Origin: an uncultured Candidatus Saccharibacteria bacterium
Lineage (GTDB): Bacteria; Patescibacteriota; Andersenbacteria; UBA10190
Length of the DNA: 64,000 nt
Direction: 5' to 3'
NCBI GenBank assembly: GCA_964371255.1
Contig: CAYJKV010000005.1
Span: forward strand, 13,816-77,815
The notes under the pieces: generated by a model
Database searches by the model: none
What the model was told of the DNA's origin: nothing
What the model saw: the letters and a program-made list of their open reading frames with translations, nothing else
In this document: piece after piece, positions 58,769-64,000 of the stretch
How positions within the stretch are numbered: position 1 is the first letter of the stretch
Layout: each line of letters opens with the position of its first letter
Position numbers and translations under genes: made by a program

Positions 58769-59929
58769 ATGACAACAAAATTCAACCCCCACCTCTTTTT
58801 AGCTGTCTTTTTAGTCTCCTTTCTGATTCATTCCAGCTATTTTCGGTTAATAACTTTTGCGGACTATGACAAATGGGTCGCACGAACCATTAACTTGTCA
58901 GAGGACATATTGACCCCATCACCGCAAATACGTTTTTTTGACGTGAATCACGAATACCGTTATGGTTCGCATCCCGGCACAACCTTTCTTCTGCCCGCTG
59001 CCTCTTTATATAAACTTGGCCTGCCTGGTCCCACCAGCCTCTTCCTCAGCATTACATTCATTTCTTCTTTCTTGACCGCTTCTATTGCAGCTGCCTGCCA
59101 TCACTTAAGGCCCAGAAGTCCCTGGTGGCTGATATCGTCGATTATTCTCTTTATCCACCCGCTCTACTTCTACAGCACACCGACTAATGCTATTATCGGG
59201 CCCATCACTGCCTTGCTTTTCCTCTTAGCCCTAATTGTGTACGAGCAAAGGAAGCAATCGTTGTCTGTTGGTTTAATATTGTTTATATCATTCATTTTTG
59301 GGCTAGGCTTATCTACTCGCTTGCACGATACAGTATTCATTGGTGCTCCCCTGATCACTTTTATAGGTGCCTATGTGCGTAAAAAACACCTTATCTTAAT
59401 GATCTTGGCAGCGGCTTTATTCGCTTTCGTCCTTAACCCGTTCCTCTGGTTCATTCCCCTGGAATATCTGAAGACCGCCATTCTACGCACCTCTTCTCAT
59501 CTCGCCTACACTGGGATGCCTGGTTTCAACCTTACTCTTCTTTGGGCGCTTTATTATACGCCGCTGACCATTATCTCTATTGCCCTCGCGGTCGTGTCCT
59601 TTATCTTTGCCCGAAAAAAACTACCCGTTTCTTCTCCCTTTCTTCTCACTCTGTTTCTCATTACTGCCATCACCATCGGTCTGTTCCGAAGCGCCAACTT
59701 TAAAACGCTTCGCTATTTCTACCCATTAATTTTTACTTGGGATATTTTCTTGCCGCTATTTCTCCTTTGCTTGTCTGACAATATTTACTTTCCTTTTATT
59801 TCTTCAGTGCGTTCTGCCCTCTACGCCCGTCATTTAACGCGCCTCGTGCTAATGGTAATCGTCGTTTTTGGCTTTGCTTTTCTGACCGCCTATAACTTGC
59901 TTTTGCCTGGTTCTCAAGGACTTATTTAA
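58769..59929 (+). CDS. Multi-pass membrane protein, GT-C (PMT/ArnT-like) glycosyltransferase candidate
   Basis: D..W and HPG in the first loop, about 10 TM helices, LRYFYP near the C-terminus. Confidence 0.65.
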   Translation: MTTKFNPHLFLAVFLVSFLIHSSYFRLITFADYDKWVARTINLSEDILTPSPQIRFFDVNHEYRYGSHPGTTFLLPAASLYKLGLPGPTSLFLSITFISSFLTASIAAACHHLRPRSPWWLISSIILFIHPLYFYSTPTNAIIGPITALLFLLALIVYEQRKQSLSVGLILFISFIFGLGLSTRLHDTVFIGAPLITFIGAYVRKKHLILMILAAALFAFVLNPFLWFIPLEYLKTAILRTSSHLAYTGMPGFNLTLLWALYYTPLTIISIALAVVSFIFARKKLPVSSPFLLTLFLITAITIGLFRSANFKTLRYFYPLIFTWDIFLPLFLLCLSDNIYFPFISSVRSALYARHLTRLVLMVIVVFGFAFLTAYNLLLPGSQGLI

Positions 59930-60035
59930 ACACAAAAATGTGTATGGAGAATAATATGACAATTAACCAGTTAGTGTGTTATTATTTATGCATACCTAAA
60001 CGTCTAACATTACCAGAGAAGGAGGTGAGGAGGAC

Positions 60036-60377
60036 ATGAACATTAAGAAAGTATTAGCTACCACAGCCGCTGTCGGTTTGATAGCGATTCCAATGATTGC
60101 CTCTGCTCAAGGATTTGCACCGGTGACTCCATTTGAAGGGACTTCAACCGGCACACTGATTCAAGCCATCACCAACATTGTTAACGCTCTACTCACCTTG
60201 GCTGCTGTTATCGCCGCTATCTTTGTCATCATCGGTGGCGTGCGGTACATAACCGCTCAAGGAGATGAAGATGCAGTCGCAGCTGCGAAGAACACAGTTA
60301 TCTATGCCGTCATCGGTATAGTCGTGATTGCTTTATCAGCCGTAGTCGTCAACTTCATTATTGCTGCCATCCCGTAA
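60036..60377 (+). CDS. TrbC/VirB2-like pilin, likely a major subunit
   Basis: AAGGAGGTGAGGAGG RBS; own terminator; mature region nearly identical to 56558-56902. Confidence 0.87.
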   Translation: MNIKKVLATTAAVGLIAIPMIASAQGFAPVTPFEGTSTGTLIQAITNIVNALLTLAAVIAAIFVIIGGVRYITAQGDEDAVAAAKNTVIYAVIGIVVIALSAVVVNFIIAAIP

Positions 60378-60396
60378 GTTTGGCGTTATTTATACA

Positions 60397-60431
60397 AGGC
60401 GCTCGATTCAACTAGGAATCGCGCGCTTTTG
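60397..60431 (+). terminator. Intrinsic terminator
   Basis: GCGCTCGATTC-loop-GAATCGCGCGC-TTTT. Confidence 0.6.
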
Positions 60432-60662
60432 TAATTAAGCAACGAATCGTTCAAAATAAATTTTTTAAAAATAACCCATCTCCATTATTTTGTGGGCAGG
60501 AACAGCCATTGCCTAATACCTGATTTCTAATATATCAATTAGGACTTAAGAGCTGCTTAGCCTGCCTGCCGATAGGGAGGCCTGTGGATAGGCCGGGACT
60601 TCTTCGTTTCTAACTCCTGATTTATATTTTCTTAAGAATCCGCATTAAGATACACTACACCT

Positions 60663-60890
60663 ATGACCATTCTTCCCCCTGAAGTTATTTTAGCTGTCAA
60701 CGCCGCCTTGTTGCTTATATCTGGCATCATTACGATGCTTTTGCTACGCACCGGCGTCCATTACGCCCATAGTGTCGGAGATTCCGCCGCCCAAGACACT
60801 CAAAAGAAGGCTATCTTAATATTCGTCTTGTCCCTTTTCGCTCTCAGCCTTCTGGCCGCCTCGTTTAACGTCCTGGTTTCCTCCGTCTAA
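60663..60890 (+). CDS. Degenerate pilin-like 2-TM protein
   Basis: GVHYAHSVGDSAAQDTQKKAIL resembles the pilin loop; no signal peptide. Confidence 0.45.
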   Translation: MTILPPEVILAVNAALLLISGIITMLLLRTGVHYAHSVGDSAAQDTQKKAILIFVLSLFALSLLAASFNVLVSSV

Positions 60891-61013
60891 TAATAATCAG
60901 AACAAATACGCGCGTTTCTTATGATCGGGTATTCACGACTAGCCTTTATAACCAATAAAAAAAGCCTCAGATAAATTCCAAGGCTTTCAAAGAACGAATA
61001 AACGTACAACAAC

Positions 61014-62255
61014 TTACTTACTCTCTGCGTCCGCTACCGGGAAGAAAACTTCCCAATAAACTAACGCCGGCGTTGGTGGCTGGAAGTAAACAACCGCCCG
61101 CTCAACCTGTTCATCCGGATTTCCTTCCCAGAACCTCCTCACCTCAGCTGACGTGACAGTGAAACTGTCACGTGTCGGGCTCTCTCTCGCGGGAAATAAA
61201 GGCCGGAGCTCTTTCCTGAACACAGACACAGCGTCCATACCCGCTTTAAGCGCTTCTGGGTTCGAATTGTCCAGAGTAACGTTCTCGGGCATCAACCACA
61301 ACCTCGGCTGCTGTGTGTCATAGAAGCCTGGAACAGTAATTGTCTCCTTAAGTTCCCACGCTCCCGGTGCAACAGGTTCCGACGGAATAAAGGTTATTCG
61401 CATCGTCCAACTCACTTCCTCCCCATCAACCCTAAACGGTACCACGCCTGGTACCTGGAGAGAGTTCGGCATGCACGTACTGTACGAACCAACCCAAAGA
61501 ACACTGTCATTTGGCAGTTTTGTCACAGTTGCTGTGCATTCCAAACCGTTCACGCCAACTGTTCTACCAAAATTAGGATGTCTTGAGTATCCGGAAGTAC
61601 TCCGAACCTCTAAGAACAACGCCACTTCGTTGGTACCTATGCGGTTTTCATCACCACATACTTGGAATGGTTCCTGATCCTGCCTAGTAATCCACCACGC
61701 GGGTGTTGCTGGCAGCGAACTTCCTCCTAACCTGGTTTCCACCATCGCGCCTTGTAATAGCGGTCCAATTGGCAGCGGTAGATATCCGTGCTTATCAATC
61801 GAACCTGTCCATTCCCTGCGCATCCTGTTCCATCCTTCGTCTGGTCCAGTCATAGACCGTAGCATCCAATCATTTATCTGGTCAGGCGCAACATTCGTCA
61901 TCACCGTCTTTGGACCACCAACAATAGTTCCGTCAGCACCATCTTCAGCAATAGGGGGTATAGCATGTATCTCCCTCCCATTTTCCACTGCTGTTGAAAT
62001 TGCGTCAGGTTTTTCGTCGGACAGTTCGTCGCTACATCCTTTCGGGAAGAACATCCAACACAGAATCAATAAGAGGATGATTGTCATGCGTCCCAGATAG
62101 CGTTGAATCCAGCCTAGCACACTTAAAAACGCCGCTGGTCCTAGTCTGGGGATATGCGCACCGAACGCTCTGGTAATTTTCACGATCACGATCACGATCA
62201 CAGCCACGATGAATAAAGCGCATATCACGGCAATGAAATGTAGTACCACGCTCAT
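61014..62255 (-). CDS. Hypothetical membrane-anchored protein
   Basis: N-terminal TM helices then a beta-rich region; GGAGAG RBS. Confidence 0.65.
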   Translation of the reverse strand: MSVVLHFIAVICALFIVAVIVIVIVKITRAFGAHIPRLGPAAFLSVLGWIQRYLGRMTIILLLILCWMFFPKGCSDELSDEKPDAISTAVENGREIHAIPPIAEDGADGTIVGGPKTVMTNVAPDQINDWMLRSMTGPDEGWNRMRREWTGSIDKHGYLPLPIGPLLQGAMVETRLGGSSLPATPAWWITRQDQEPFQVCGDENRIGTNEVALFLEVRSTSGYSRHPNFGRTVGVNGLECTATVTKLPNDSVLWVGSYSTCMPNSLQVPGVVPFRVDGEEVSWTMRITFIPSEPVAPGAWELKETITVPGFYDTQQPRLWLMPENVTLDNSNPEALKAGMDAVSVFRKELRPLFPARESPTRDSFTVTSAEVRRFWEGNPDEQVERAVVYFQPPTPALVYWEVFFPVADAESK

Positions 62256-62267
62256 TCTAGCTCTCCT

Positions 62268-63413
62268 TTAGGGGTTTTCTTTTTTCAGGAATCCTTCAAT
62301 GGCTGATAGCACATCCGCTGCGTCTTTCACGTTTATGGCAGATAATTTTATTTCGCCTGCCTTGCTGCGAATCACATCCATTAGGAATGCTTTCTGTTTG
62401 TCATCTGTCAGACCCAGCTTATCTGCCAGTGCTTCGATACCTTCCGCTTCACCAATGCGACGCAGTCTTTCGATCGCCTGTTGTTTTAAGCCTTCCTGAT
62501 GGCCAATAAAACTTAGATCAATCGCTCTGGATGCCTCAGCATCGTCTGGGGAAGCGGGTTGAAGCTGAATTTTCTCAACTACGATATTGCACACTAACAG
62601 AGAATCACCGGTCTCAAATGTATCATCATCAGGAGTAGGTCCAGGAATACGTCTAAGCAGCTTGCCCTGGATGAAGATGGTGTCGTCATCTTCGGTAAGC
62701 GCTTTACGCACTTTCCTCTCAAATAGACCCCTTTCTCTGATTATGTCATTGTTCACAACATCTCCCGCTGCCGGAAACACAGAAAAAGTGAAGAACGTAG
62801 CCGCTTCTCGCATAGCTTCCTTCATTGGCTTATTTACTACCCGGAAAAAACGTGCAGCAATTCGTTTGACTGACTCTTCCACCCCGTTCTCCTGAATAAG
62901 CACCTCGTGGTTAGTCAAATCCCTCGCACTCTTTGACAGGTAGTAATTCAGATCCTGCTTAAACAGGGAGAAAACTATCCCCAGATGCACCGGGTTTTCT
63001 GACAAACGGATTTGAAGAGTGGCGTCTCCTTCAACTCTTACTCTTGGATACTGCGTATTTGATGAGTCTGTGTACATCATTGAGGCATGGATAGGCACCT
63101 CAAACTGATCTGTCGGTACGCGATATCCAAGGTAAAGCGGCCACAAGCCGAAAGCCCAACTGCCCTTCCAAAAGGCCAACTTAACGGTATCTTGGTCAGG
63201 CACCTTAGCTCGGTTGCTGATGTTTTGGTCTCCAGCCCATGATTCGTCCCAATAGGAACGACCCAGCACCGTTCTCTCATACTGACCAAAGCGGTAAAAC
63301 ACAATTTTTTCATTAGCCCTCAGCATGTACAACGACTGGTAGATGATCACAGCCGCAACCATTGCTAGAGCCAACCCCACAACAGCCAATTCCACGATCG
63401 TTAACGTGTCCAT
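62268..63413 (-). CDS. Divergent SPFH/band-7-like protein
   Basis: TM + ANEKIVFYRFGQY.R, ...EAMREAA, C-terminal RRIGEAEG helix. Confidence 0.55.
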   Translation of the reverse strand: MDTLTIVELAVVGLALAMVAAVIIYQSLYMLRANEKIVFYRFGQYERTVLGRSYWDESWAGDQNISNRAKVPDQDTVKLAFWKGSWAFGLWPLYLGYRVPTDQFEVPIHASMMYTDSSNTQYPRVRVEGDATLQIRLSENPVHLGIVFSLFKQDLNYYLSKSARDLTNHEVLIQENGVEESVKRIAARFFRVVNKPMKEAMREAATFFTFSVFPAAGDVVNNDIIRERGLFERKVRKALTEDDDTIFIQGKLLRRIPGPTPDDDTFETGDSLLVCNIVVEKIQLQPASPDDAEASRAIDLSFIGHQEGLKQQAIERLRRIGEAEGIEALADKLGLTDDKQKAFLMDVIRSKAGEIKLSAINVKDAADVLSAIEGFLKKENP

Positions 63414-63441
63414 TTCTTAACTCCTGTTCGGGTAGGTTAGA

Positions 63442-63523
63442 TTGTCAACGAGCTGCCAAAACAGCCCAAAAGCACACAAAAACTACAACACTTTACTATA
63501 TGTCATAATAACCGTCATGTCAA
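63442..63523 (-). promoter_or_regulatory. Sigma70-like promoter and boxA-like motif
   Basis: TTGACA-N17-TATAGT (63495-63523); AGCTCGTTGACAA (63442-63454). Confidence 0.6.
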
Positions 63524-63736
63524 GTTATTAACCGTCAGTTCTCAACAGTCAAGAAAAACCGTGTATTGACCCCAGAAAAGATGAATGAAGGGGGTTTCAT
63601 TTCCAGACATTAGCGACAAACCCTTCTAACTGTCAGAATATCTATGCGAATATACCCTCAACCGGTGAGCGCTTACTTTCAGTCATTATTCGGACCCTTA
63701 CCTTATCAATAACTCACAAAACCAGAGAATCTTTTA

Positions 63737-63778
63737 ATTTTCAATTGTTGTTTTTCACTTTTCACTTTACGTTTTTCG
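63737..63778. repeat. Dispersed heptamer-based motif, copy next to tRNA-Leu
   Basis: TTTCAATTGTTGTTTTTCACTTTTCACTTTACGTTTTTCG. Confidence 0.6.
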
Positions 63779-63787
63779 CTGTCTAAG

Positions 63788-63869
63788 TGCGGATGAGAGG
63801 ACTCGAACCTCCAAGGGTTGCCCCACATGGTCCTAAACCATGCGCCTTTACCAATTTGGCCACATCCGC
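63788..63869 (-). tRNA. tRNA-Leu(TAG)
   Basis: GCGGATGTGGCCAAATTGG...CATGG-TTTAGGA-CCATG...GGTTCGAGTCCTCTCATCCGCA. Confidence 0.95.
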
Positions 63870-64000
63870 AGAAAACCTATCTACCAACCATACTAACCAT
63901 AACCTCTAAACGTCGCAGCGCCAAGCAACCAGCCTATGCACGTCAAGCATCCATGCATCAGTCTGAGCAGTAAAACTACCCTAGGTGTAAAGCTTGGCAA

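Noticed and set aside
56558-60377. Gene-conversion or DGR template/variable pair between similar pilins
   Set aside because: Differences are mostly synonymous and not adenine-specific, with no long stretches of nucleotide identity
1-64000. CRISPR array, rRNA, reverse transcriptase/DGR, IS transposase
   Set aside because: No regularly spaced repeat-spacer units, rRNA-like sequence, RT motifs or transposase-like ORFs seen

Overview
This window looks like chromosome from a Patescibacteria (CPR) bacterium using genetic code 11. That call rests on the VirB2-like pilin array, the DUF5667-like and 3D-domain proteins, the long charged tails on L19 and NusA, and tRNAs that mostly lack an encoded CCA. 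Core genes are rplS, a family-4 UDG, nfo, rny, clpP, tig, hppA, nusA, a YraN protein, a P-type ATPase, rpsA, gyrA and eight tRNAs. Four things stand out. (1) A three-gene surface-protein operon (27230-32376; dockerin, cohesin, PKD, cadherin-like and CBM modules) in which an Ig-like domain appears split across each gene boundary, suggesting that separately exported proteins join head-to-tail by fold complementation. (2) A roughly 14 kb integrative element at tRNA-Gly (about 8344-22388) with a large serine recombinase, an iteron origin, an orphan terminase small subunit and ABC-transporter cargo, resembling a phage satellite. (3) A long structured non-coding region upstream of rny. (4) A pilin array with double and triple pilin fusions and embedded glycosyltransferases. 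All calls come from reading motifs by eye; no searches or folding programs were run.
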